DNA of 63,578 nt, counting the filler, from Octopus bimaculoides (lineage: Eukaryota): assembly GCF_001194135.2 (NCBI RefSeq). It is 4 parts of 4 records of this genome, joined end to end, with 100 filler letters (N's around TTAATTAATTAA, not from the genome) between each part and the next. Parts side by side here need not be neighbours in the genome. Positions count along the whole stretch, not along the records: positions 39,430 to 61,041 come from NC_068984.1; 3 more parts are not named here. One strand, given 5' to 3'. This document shows positions 47,555-59,505 of the stretch, piece after piece. Under the pieces are notes generated by a model. It saw only the letters and a list, made by a program, of their open reading frames with translations. It had not been told where the DNA came from and did not search any database. The position numbers were made by a program, and so were the translations under genes. Within the stretch, counting starts at the first letter, position 1. Each line of letters begins with the position of its first letter.

Positions 47555-49890
47555 TCTTATTCAGTAGTTTTAATTTTATCATGTGCTTTCACTGCACTAA
47601 AGAGCCCAGCTCTGTGTGCCTTGGGTATGTGCTGTGGTTTGTTGTGATGGTCTTATTATTACTGTATTAAAAATGTTTTACGTAGGATGCGTGCGGTGCC
47701 ATGTAGTGTTATTTTCTGTGTGTTACATATGATTTCTTTTTTGTAATTGTCAGCTTTCTTCTAGAATGAAAACAGTTTCTTTTGTTTTGTTTGTGTTTTG
47801 TGGCTATTTGTATTTCTCTTCTGAAGTAGGTATTTCTGTAATCCCATTGTTGTTATTTTGTAATAGTTTTCTAGCTGTATAAGGCCTCTACCACCTCCGA
47901 TACATTGTATATATAACTTTTCTATGTCAGATTTTGGGGGCTACATCCTAAATCCTATCATTATTTTTCTTGTTTTCCTATCTATTCTGATTAGTTCATT
48001 TAGTTTCCAGTTCAGAATATTGTAGCTATAAGTCATTACTGGGACGGCTACAGTGTTGATTCTTATTATCTTGCATTTCGCATTGAGTCCTGTTTTCAGT
48101 ATTCATCTAACTCATGTATAGGGTTCTTTTCTTAAGTTATGTTTCATTTGTGTGCATTGTATCGTATCTAGTTCATTGATTCCTTTGTATGTGTGGCCTT
48201 GGTCTAATTCTCTTATTTCATTTGCTTTATCTAGAGTGATGTTGTTACTCTTAATTAGTTTTCCTATTCTGAAGGTGGCTTTGGCACATTTTGCCAAATC
48301 TCATGTTTATTTCATTGAAACATCCATGTACTGTCTGTAGCAATGTTTCCAGCTGTTTATTTGTAGCGTAGATTTACATCATCCATATATAAGAAGTGGT
48401 TAATTGTTTTTTCGTAACAGTTGTATTCACATCCTGTTCTCTTTAATATGTCAGATAAAGGTGTCAGTTCCAAGCGGAAAAGGAGTGTCTGCGTGGAATA
48501 TTCCTGTTCTAATGAGGATCACTTTGATTTTTATGAGTCTCTTTTGTTTGGAGCTGTAGCACTGTCTACATGGAATATTTCATATATTCTATGATTATTG
48601 TGCTACTATGATCATCGCTAGTATTTCTAGGATATTTGCATGGGGAAAAAATCATTTCGGTAATCGATACAGTTCATACTTAGACCCTTCTTCTTTTTGC
48701 GGTTGTCTACATTTATTGCTTTATTTATCAGTAGCTGATATTTACAGTCGTATAAGCCCTTGCAGCATCCCTTCTGCTCTTCAGGTTGCTTTCTTCCACA
48801 TGCTTGCTCATTCTCTGCGATATGATTGCAGTAAAGGCTTTGTAAATTTTAGGGAAATAAGTTATGGGTCTGTAAGCTTGTCGGTTTGCCGTTTCAGAGT
48901 ATTTGGGTATTAGCATAGTTTTCCCTTCCGTGTGCCACTCAGTCATTGTCTCTGGCTCTGCTAGTATTTCATTAAATTTCTCAGCCAGCTTTTTATATGT
49001 TCATGTTATGTATTTTAACCAGAAGTTTGGAATTTTTATCTTGCATGGGTGCTTGGATATTGCAGTGCCTGGGTGAAATCTCCAGTTATAAGGGTCCAGA
49101 GATTTTCAGGTACTCTGGCAGTTGTTTTGATAGACCTTTTCTGAGAATATTCCTTCGCCAACCATATTTCTTTCCAAAATTCTTCCACTTCTGCTGTTGG
49201 TTCTACATTGATCTCTATTTCATTTTTGCCAATTTCTTGGTAGAATATTTTGGGGTTGAAGTTGAGCTGTTTATTTTGTCCAAAGAAACGTTGACGTTTC
49301 TCATACCGGCTGATTCCTTGTGCTTTGGCGAGCATATCTTGCTTTAGCTGTACTTTTACCTCATGTGTACATTGTACAGGATGGTGATACTCCTATTTGG
49401 ATGGGTTTCAGGGAGTATCCAGCGTCTTTTGTCGCCACAGATGCTGCTGCATATATTATAACATTTAGCCTGGTCATATTGACATTTGATTCTCTGGCTA
49501 TTAGTTCTTTGACGGCCAGGTTCATGCTACTTATAAATGATGCTACCGATCAAATGACGAATATTCTCTTGAGGAATTTCTTGCCAAGTTTCATGCAGTA
49601 ATCTCAAAATATTTGGCTTTTACGATGCGTTCTTGTTTTTCTATGAAGTGTCCTGTCCAATATTTCCCATAGGTGTTCAAGATATATATATTGATGTATC
49701 GAAACTTCGTAGGTCTGGATTTAATCAGTACAATTGCCAGAATATTGAAAATAAGGGAAATTAATGGAGAGGGCAAATCTTCTTCGAATATTTTCTTGCA
49801 TATTTTCATGTTAACTAACAAGTTATTTGCCCCTGTTCTACTTCACATGCATTCGACCATTTTCTGCTAATCCTCAAGTATTCCAAGAGA
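47518..49890 (-). mobile_element. R4/Dong-clade LINE copy A, decayed, with intact 3' end and (TAA)n tail
   Basis: EVEEFWKEIW, YRPITYF, GIFHAD, INHLLYMDD, GGRGLIQL, a HILRKTF-type ORF end, a short 3' UTR and (TAA)n at 47518-47553. Confidence 0.88.
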
Positions 49891-52546
49891 GAACGGTGTG
49901 GGACACTGTCATGAGCGTTCTTGAATTCTGTTCGTGCTTCATTCACTATCATACTATAAATATTCAACGGCCCGATAATGATTTTCAGGTTAACAGTAAG
50001 AAGTTAATAGGTCAATAATTGCTGACTAGCTCCATTTTTTTTTTCTTTTTCGTCTAGCTGTATGATCACCATCTTTCCTTCTGTTGTCTATTTTGATGTT
50101 CCAGTTTCTATACAGTTATTGTATATTTGAGAGATTATCATTTAAAATGTTTGGAAACCACACGGTCTGGGGTTTTGCAATGCTGTAATTTCATAAGCAT
50201 ACCTTTTAAATATTTACCACTTATATTTATATTTTCTTGTTTCGTTCTACTAAATTTTCTTAAGCAATCCGCTTCCAAACTATGCTGGCATATGCTTTGC
50301 TCCAGTTGTTCTTTGCTACTTCAGGATCTGGGGCATGATTATTATTATAAAATGAGTTTGATTTTCTCTCATTCATAATTTGCATGATTATTATTTTAAA
50401 ATAAGTATGATTTTCTCTAATTCATAATTTGCAATTTACTTTTGTTAGTTATGAATACCTTTCATTTACTTTCGCCTTTCTAGGTTCTGTTTAAGTTTAC
50501 ACAAAGTTTCTACAGGCAAGTGATCGGATATATCACAGCATTTTTCATGCGCTTTGACGAAATATATCGCCGTCGAGTATTATGCGGTATTTGATCCCAG
50601 ATTACTAAAAGTCGCTACATATTAGCTAAACAGCTGCCAAATTCAAAATTAGAAATATAACGTCTGGTCCGAGTGATATCATATCACCAGAGCTGCTAGA
50701 CTTACAAGCTGTACCACCCTCATATCAATAAATGATTTAAGTAAATAAGGAAATAAATGGTGCATTATAAAAGATAGATCTATAACGATAAAAGACAGAA
50801 TGGTTATGCTTTGCGTATCTTTGAGATCAGCACATCTCTAAACTATGATACCCTTAATAAACTAATTTGATTTAAATTCTTAAATACTGAGTCACATACT
50901 TAGAAAAACATCGCATTTCTTTTCTTTATTATGAAAGTTTCTTTCAGAAATCAATTCGTTTGAGAATGCCGTCTACAAAAGTCGCTTAGATAATATGCAA
51001 AATACTTCCCTGTATCTATTCCCAACTTAAGACCAATATTATGTAGATCGATTCCACTGCAGTTTTAAATTATTTTATATTTGAAAAGTATGTCTCGATT
51101 ATAATCAAAGACAGTATAAGCTGGCACATCATGCAAGAATGTTACACAAGGATTATTAGCATAGTCTGAAATATTTTTTTAAAATTATATATCCTGGTAC
51201 AAATGGCACGGTGTTTATATAGATACTGTATTTTAAATCTATATCTTCCATTTGAATATTAAATGATGCCAGTACTAAAATATAGATACAATTTAATATT
51301 TTAAAATTGTATATTTTACTCCATTAGTGTATTAATGGTTTTCTTTCTCTATGACACATATTATAAAATACTTTTTTGATTTTAAGAATACCAAATGAAG
51401 TAAAGCTATCTAATAAATAACTATGTGGGGAATAAAACAATAAAGAATGAATTATTGCATTCCCTGTTTTTGAGATATATACAAAATATCATTAGCTGAA
51501 ATATATCAATTAATTTTCTCTCACTAACATTCGTGTTTCTTCAGTACATATATATTAATAATGATATATTCCAATGAAATTACTTATAATTTTTGAATTT
51601 AAAATTTGAAATATAAGAAAACAAATTCTTTAAGTACATATAATTGCTTCAAAATTATCGACTTAATGAAAAAAGTGGTTAATGATTTTTAGCGGACTCA
51701 TTTTTCATAGCATCTGTAGCGAATATCAGAATGTATTTTCTAATATTTGTGAAGTAAGTATATTTCAATGTTTTACAGATAATCCAATATCAGATGGAAT
51801 TTTTTTCTTTATAACTATTTGTTTCAATATGTTTCTATTGCGATTGATTTTATATAAATGAATTTCTCTATTGTATAAATATTAGCTTCTGAAGCGTAAA
51901 TCTAAACAATTTTCATTACAGCAAAATACAAAAAATGTTGAATAAAGAAGGTTGTTATTACTGCGCTTAATAAGAATTTAAAAAACAAACCTAGCCCTCC
52001 TACTATTAAAGATTCTTCGTTATATAAGAACACTTAAGCAAGCAATAAGGTAACTAAATATATTTGATATAATTGCTAGCAACAATGTTTTCGCATGGGC
52101 AGGAATGGTAAAATTTGCTTCGTAATACATCAGAATGAATTTGGCGAGAACAATAACTCACCTTATGCTGTTTTGGTCTATCGTGTTATACACTAACAAT
52201 ACACTAACACAGGCATATATANNNNNNNNNNNNNNNNNNNNNNNNNNNNNNNNNNNNNNNNNNNNNNNNNNNNNNNNNNNNNNNNNNNNNNNNNNNNNNN
52301 NNNNNNNNNNNNNNNNNNNNNNNNNNNNNNNNNNNNNNNNNNNNNNNNNNNNNNNNNNNNNNNNNNNNNNNNNNNNNNNNNNNNNNNNNNNNNNNNNNNN
52401 NNNNNNNNNNNNNNNNNNNNNNNNNNNNNNNNNNNNNNNNNNNNNNNNNNNNNNNNNNNNNNNNNNNNNNNNNNNNNNNNNNNNNNNNNNNNNNNNNNNN
52501 NNNNNNNNNNNNNNNNNNNNNNTATATATATATATATATATATATT

Positions 52547-52716
52547 AGAGTATTGTAGTTCGGTTGAAGCATTTTGTATTGTTTCTAAGGAATAAAATGT
52601 TTTGAATTACACAACAATGCACTATAATACAAACAATGGACTATAAGAACTGTTGTAATTTAATCATCCGTAGTCTGATGTGATATTTCGGAATAATAAT
52701 TCCTTCTTCAGATATC
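52547..52716 (-). mobile_element. Short PLE-type repeat homologous to 205-369
   Basis: Roughly 75-80% identical by eye. It begins at the hammerhead and ends at the same point (gaactacaatactct). Confidence 0.75.
52677..52716 (-). ncRNA. Minimal type-I hammerhead ribozyme motif
   Basis: gatat-CTGAAGA-a-ggaat(tatt)attcc-GAAA-TATC-acatc. Confidence 0.7.
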
Positions 52717-52746
52717 CCTAGGAATTGATGGAGTGGCTGCAATATA

Positions 52747-53940
52747 TCAGGTCGGTGCAAAGGTAATGCTCGATTTTAAGGTTTCTATTAAAACTGAAAA
52801 AGCCTATGATTAAGACAATATTCATTCCTTAACATAATTTCCATTACTTTCTAGAACTTCATTCCCTCTGTCAACAATCTTCTAAATGCCACGCTTGTAA
52901 AATTGTTTTGGTTTTGATGCAAAATCTGAATCCATCTGATTTCAACTGCTGCTCCTGATGTCCACCTAAGACCATCCAAATAGTTCTGTAGCCCCCGAAA
53001 CAAGTGATATTAAGAAGGAGCAAGGTAAGGAGAATATAGAGTATAAGCAACATTTCTCAATCAAGTTCTTCCTAGAGATCTTTGGTCAATTGGGCTGTGT
53101 GAGGACGAGCATTATCATGATGGAATATTACAGCCTTTCTGTTGATTAAGCGCGATTTTTCTCTGTTAAAATCAGCTTTCAAACGGTGAAGTTGATCAGC
53201 AGTAATTGTTTGATTGTCATCTAACAATTCGTAATGGACAATTCCTTCAATATCCCTTCGTACACTCAAAATGATCTTCCTTGAATGAAGTACTGCTCTT
53301 GGTTGTTGAACAGGTCTTCCTCCTCGACTGATTCACAACCAGTGGTGTTCAACATTATAATTCATCACCTGTAACAAGCCATCCTAAAAATTGTTCCTCA
53401 AGGTGTCGTGAAAGCACTGACTTACAACAAACAACATTCTGTTGCAGATTCTCTGGAGACAGTACGTGCGGACCCCATTTTCCAAACACTGAAAAGTTTT
53501 CCATCCTTTTCAGTTGGCGTAGAACACTTTTATGGAGTACGTCAAACAATTCTGCAAGTTTTCTACAAGTAGTGGATGGATTTTCTGACAACAGATTCCA
53601 AGTCTTCGAAAGCAAGTTGCTTTGAAAGCCCTTTTTCAAACTCAAATACTCAATTCTATCGTGAGAAAACCATCTCCTAGAACTTCTTTCACTCAATGCA
53701 TCATCACCATAAAATCGCTGAAGTCATTTTGCTGCTGTGCTTGCATTGACACCTTTATGAAACTCATAGAGTAGGACATGGCTCCTGTGATCTTTAGACA
53801 GGACGAACATGAGTGCAAATATAGCAGAAAATTATGGCCAATGCAATCAGAATCTCAAAGAAAAATGTATAAATTACTCATGGTGAGACTCTTAAAACGT
53901 TTCTAAAAATATCGATCCTTAACTTTGCACCAAACTGAAA
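52747..53940 (-). mobile_element. mariner transposon, near full length, decayed
   Basis: GKWGPHVL (WVPHEL), LVTGDE, IVHYELL..NQTITAD, FHHDNARPH, PS.YHLFR. TIRs tcaggtcggtgcaaaggtaa / ttaactttgcaccaaactgaa with flanking TA. Confidence 0.92.
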
Positions 53941-53958
53941 TATTATAATATATATGTT

Positions 53959-54115
<157 letters not shown>

Positions 54116-54216
54116 TCATATACCATGAATGTCTTTCAAGTACTGGATTACACTTCGAAAATAAAAACATTCATGGAGTACTGGGTTATGGCTATAATAT
54201 TCACTAGGATTTGAGT

Positions 54217-54275
54217 GATATTGGAGTACTGATATTGGAGTACTGATATTGGAGTACTGATATTGGAGTACTGAT
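54217..54275. repeat. 14-bp tandem repeat, 4 perfect copies
   Basis: (gatattggagtact)4-gat. Confidence 0.97.
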
Positions 54276-54939
54276 TACCTCACCCATCGTGGACAGAATC
54301 TGATTTTGCATGCACAACGCCCGAAAACTTTTATCCCAATGGAAGAGTTGGTTATACGCTTTAAGGTGGATATGCTGTGCATTCTTTACGACTGCTGACA
54401 GAGAAGGCCTATTGACTGGCAAGAATGGTGGGACCTATACAACACATATAACATATTTCTATAATCTACCATTTCCCTATACTGAGATAGTAGTAATAAA
54501 TAAAAGCAATATATATTGAACGTTGAAAATCAATCATTATATTTCTTGCTAAACATTGAAGAATTGATCTAAGAAACAGAAGCTATATTATGCTTCAATT
54601 AGCAATTATGTATTTCTGGCAGTAACTAGCCGAAAAATGTGTTTTATAAAGCATAACATACCATTTGTTTCTGTGTTTATTAATGGTGTTTGCCTATATG
54701 AGGTTTGGTAGAGAGAAATGTAGGTAGACATTAAATGGATGTCTATAAAAAGAAATACATAGAAGTATAACGTATAATTGTGTGTGCGTAGTGCGTGTGT
54801 GTTTTTGCGTGAATGGGCGCACGTGTGTGTGTCTGAGTTACACAAAAATGAAAATAACACTGGCATCTCATTTTAATAGATATACTTACCAAAATTACAT
54901 AAAAAATATCTTCAAATACTACAGAGTAAAATTATTCAG

Positions 54940-55550
54940 TAAAATCGCCATTGGCTTGAAACACGGAATCCAGACTACTTCAGAATATTCAACCTTTATG
55001 AACGGTCACCTTGTTGAAGTTGTCGAATGCGGCCATAATCCTTGCTTTCAGTTCATCTTTAGTGCTACAAGGAGTCTTGTTGGTCTCTTGCTCAACTGCA
55101 CCCCACACAGGTGACTAGGTATTAGGGGTGATGTGGTCGCAGAAAATTCTGACAGCGATGATTGGGTTCTCCTGCTTTTGTGGCACGGTGCAGAGTCTTG
55201 TTGCCAGACATAGGGTCTTCCTGCAGCCATTCTATTGACCGAGTGCAGCACTACCTCCTCCAGGCACTTGATGTATGTCTCTGTGTCGAGTGTGAAGCCA
55301 ATGTGAGAAGATGAATGGTGACATAATGTTGCCATCACTAGTGATCACTCCAAACACCAAAATGTTGACTGGATGTTTGAATTTTACTACTCTCGGAACA
55401 GGTCCTCAGATTGACACCCAAATTCTCTGACATAGTTGTATTGCAGATTGTTGTGTGACTGCCAAGCAGTACAGCATCTCGTTTCCTAATTTCTGGCAGA
55501 ATGAATTGTGTTATGGTACTGTTTCTTTCAGAGAATATGCCCAACTGACC
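54940..55550 (-). mobile_element. Tc1/mariner-superfamily (maT/DD37D-like) transposase fragment
   Basis: KHPVNILVFGVITSDG, YIKCLEEVVL and GRPYVWQQDSAPCHKSRRTQS. Confidence 0.8.
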
Positions 55551-56769
55551 CAATATACGGTGTAGTAGATAAACTCAAAACAAGCAATGCTCATGCGCGA
55601 AATTAAAACTATAAAATGGTGACATTGTACTCATTGCACGCTGTGTATTAAATGCCTGTACATCTAATATCCATTTTTCACGTATTTATTCACGGAACGC
55701 AACGCACCTTCGTTTTTATTAACAGTAAGTTATATATATATATATATAAGTCTGCGTGCGTGTGTGTCTGTGTGTGTCTGTGTGTGTCTGTGTGTGTGTG
55801 TGTACTTTCACTTTCAAGCAAACTAGAGCTTTGTGTACCCTCTAAAATAAATATGAATTCATTGTATAGTTGTTTAATGCTAATATCGTTTGCTGTCACT
55901 AACGTTAGTATTATTGTCATTATCAATTATTTAGACTAGCAAATCTACACATTTACGATGGAAGCATAAAATGATGCAGGGAATTCATAACAGCACTATG
56001 TATTGAGAAATTCGTAAATAGCTTTAATAGCTTACTGGGTGATGTCGTAGATATACCACATTATTGTTGGTGATATAGCATTCTATTGCAGCTATATGAC
56101 ATGCGTTTGCGACTAAGTGACATGTGATAAAGATTCACACCCGAATTGAAATTGGCTCCTAGGCTCATGAATTAGGCTCATGAATGGTTATGTGGACCAC
56201 TCCTAACGAAAACCAGACCTTCCTTTTGACCACTACATACAAAGTATTAAGAAAAACATGTAATTTAGATATACTTTTATTTTAGATGTTTACACTATTC
56301 TGCGCTTGTCTATACTCTTATACATATAGCGTTGGTACCAGGGACCATGTACGTAGGAGAATGTCTGTGTATACATATTTGTATATGTATACGTATGTGC
56401 GAGGGGATAGATGGATATATACAGACATATGTACTCACATATATATATGCTCATGAATCATTTGATATCTAAGTATCGATATGCACACATCACGGACATA
56501 TATATTGGAATGTCTATAACTATTTGTATGACCTCATGTACTGTTTGTAGGCTTTTTATGTGCCTTATATTTTTTAATTTTTATATTTTATATTTTCATT
56601 TTTCATTTATTTATTTTATACTTATTGTACCCTTATTTTTATTTTTATTTTTATTTCTATTTTATTTTTGTTTTTATTTCTTACTTGATATTTGTGTGGA
56701 ATTTTTGTGAATCTCTGAAAAGACCTAGTGAATCATACATGTACCCCCATTTCAGGATTTCACCCGCTA

Positions 56770-56930
56770 ATTACTCCGGATGGAATGGGACATGCCAACG
56801 CTAGGCTGAAACAGCTGTAAGTTTATGTTTATTCTCAAATTCCTAATGTACTTTATATTTGTAACCCTGATTATCAATATAACATGGTTTGTCATAAACA
56901 TTTGTATTTTGTGGTTTTTGTCATGTTAGT
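56770..56930 (+). mobile_element. PLE-type 3' end remnant with a degenerate hammerhead-like motif
   Basis: act-ccggatgga..GAAACAGCTGTA-agt shares GAAACAGCTGTAAG with the 58850 motif. Confidence 0.4.
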
Positions 56931-57012
56931 TACAAAATAAGTTAATTAATTCAACGGAATACACTGTGTGCAAGTCGTTGGGTACAGCATATTATCCTCC
57001 ATTTTCTAATTG

Positions 57013-57043
<31 letters not shown>

Positions 57044-58445
57044 AACACACACTCACGCACCTCTCACGCACATACACACACACACACTATTTGTGAGTAA
57101 ATGCAATATGTTAATTTGTATTTCAAAGTATTGCACTATAAATAGTGCAAAAGCATTATGGCATCATATGGCAATTTGTATGGATGCATGTCTGTCGCGC
57201 GTCAGAAATAAATCATTAATGCAATCTGAGATAACGTTATTGTTTTCCGAACACAGTCAGTATATCTCTACTTGTATGAGCTCCAAAAGCGTAAAGCATT
57301 ATATGTGCAATCTAGCTTTGTTTTTGTTATCATTTACTAGCTTAGTGAAAACGTGGGGAAAATTAATCTTATTCTTTAGTTGTATTTGAATGAGGAACTA
57401 ATATTTGCTTCAGTTTCTTAACATCTATTATTTTTTGAATAGTCGAATTGTGTAAAATGTTTTATTTTTCCTTTTCACATCTCGATATAGTAGAATACCG
57501 CTCTATTTACTTTATATTTCTCTATTTTAAATTCAAGATATACGAGAAGATGGATTATTGCTTCTTTATAGACCTTGTAAAGCTTTCATCGTCCAGTTCA
57601 ACACAACTATTACATGAGTTCTTGCAGAGAGAATTCCCACATTTCCTAAGTAATTAATGTATGTAACTGCGTTATTAATTTACATACTCAAAATCCCACA
57701 GTTAATATTCTTTGCAAATCTTCGTTGATATTATTCAGTAGGGAAATATTTATGACGGTGTAAATTGAAAATGTGTATTACTAGAAAATTTTATAAAGCA
57801 CTTTAGTAACCTTCATATTGACATTGATCATTGGATACAATATATAAAAACAAATGTTAATAAATAAAATGTTGTTTTGCTCACTATCTTACAAGCACTT
57901 TTAGTCTTCAAAGTGATGTATTCAAATATTAAATTACTGCATATACTCCCAATGATTTGTCTTGGACTTATTTTATGAAACACCTGAGGGAGAAAATGCA
58001 ACAATGACTGTGATCAATGAATTGATGACCTATAACAAGATGATAACAGTTATTTAAAACAGATTGAATAATGTAGTCAAATCTGCAGAATACACGTAGA
58101 TACCAAAAATACAGAGATGACGCAGAAATGGATAAAACAAAATGGAGTTGGCTCTGTTTCCAAGCGAAACATATTTATCGTCATTTTGTTTTTAATTTTA
58201 CTTAATGAAACCTTGTATTGAATATTCAAAACTTTGTATAGCTCATTAAATATTAAAAACATATAAGCAATCCTTTCATATAGACTATACAAGTTTAAAG
58301 AAAATAATCTGTTCATTTTATTCAGTTATTTTGCACTCAGGGCTTTTGTCATATTATGCCACTGAAGTTAGAATTTTACTGCTTCTTTAGCAGAACATCG
58401 CTCAAAGGTACAACAACATATAACAGAAACATCTTTAATCTTCAG

Positions 58446-58504
58446 GTTTATGAAGACAATAAAATGTTTACTTATTCTGTTGTTTATCACTCTTTTAACG
58501 GTTG
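58446..58504 (+). CDS. Candidate signal-peptide exon of an unknown secreted protein (MKTIKCLLILLFITLLTV|G)
   Basis: ctttaatcttcAG acceptor, ATG at 58450 and phase-1 donor G|GTATAT. Basic n-region and hydrophobic h-region. No downstream exon was found. Confidence 0.3.
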
Positions 58505-58849
58505 GTATATAGATATAAAACTTGATGAAATTACAAAATTTTGACTTTGTATTATGGAATCCATTTATAATAACCTTACAATTGGTAATGCATTCTCTTT
58601 ACTGCGCACGCATAGAAATAAATATGCATGTGTCTCTATGAGTGTGTGGCGTGTATGTTTACACCTAATTACTCAGAGAATGCTGAGTAAGTGCTATGGA
58701 TAGACCACAGTTAAGCTTCAGGTTCGGTAGTTATGCGAATAAGGGGTCCAACGTAGGTCATATATCAGCGTGTGAATATAAGGATTTACTTTTTGTAATG
58801 AGATAAAAGACGAAGGCTGTGTATAATATAGAACATTTATAAATATAAT

Positions 58850-58897
58850 GTCTTACAGCTGTTTCCAGGATGTTTATTATATCCCTTCATCGGAGAC
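58850..58897 (-). ncRNA. Variant hammerhead-like motif (CCGAUGA family), best-preserved copy
   Basis: gtct-CCGATGA-a-gggat..atcct-g-GAAA-C(AGCT)GTA-agac. Confidence 0.5.
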
Positions 58898-59393
58898 GGA
58901 GTGAGAGGATGATTAAGAAATAGGTAGTTAGCTAAGATACGAAATAGAGAGTGAATGTAGGGATATTGTATTTGTAAATCCATTTTTTAGGCAAAATGGT
59001 ATACATATAAGATTCCAATACCTTGTGAGTAAGATCCAATTGTTTTTTTTTTAGATTGGTCGTTGCCTTTGTAAGTCCATTATTAAGATTCCGATACCCT
59101 ATGAGTAGAATCCAGAACCCTTGATTCAATAACAAAGTCTATAAACTCTGTATTTGGAATGACCAATTTCAAACACTGCTAGATTCTACTCATAGAGTAT
59201 TGGAATTTTAATAATGGACTAACAAAGACAGCGACCAATCTTAAAAACAATTGGATCTTACTCACAAGGTATTGAAATCTTATATGTATACCATTCTGCC
59301 TAAAAATTGGATTTACAAATACACTATCCCTACATTCACTCCCTATTTCGTATCTTAGCTAAACTATCTATTACTTAATCATCCTCTCACACC

Positions 59394-59441
59394 GTCTCCG
59401 ATGAAGGGATATATTAAATATCCTGGAAACAGCTATAAGAC
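59394..59441 (+). ncRNA. Variant hammerhead-like motif (CCGAUGA family)
   Basis: gtct-CCGATGA-a-gggatat..atatcct-g-GAAA-C(AGCT)ATA-agac. Confidence 0.45.
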
Positions 59442-59505
59442 ATTCTATTTATAAATGTTCTATATTATACACACCCTTGGTCTTTTATCTCATTACGAAA
59501 AGTAA

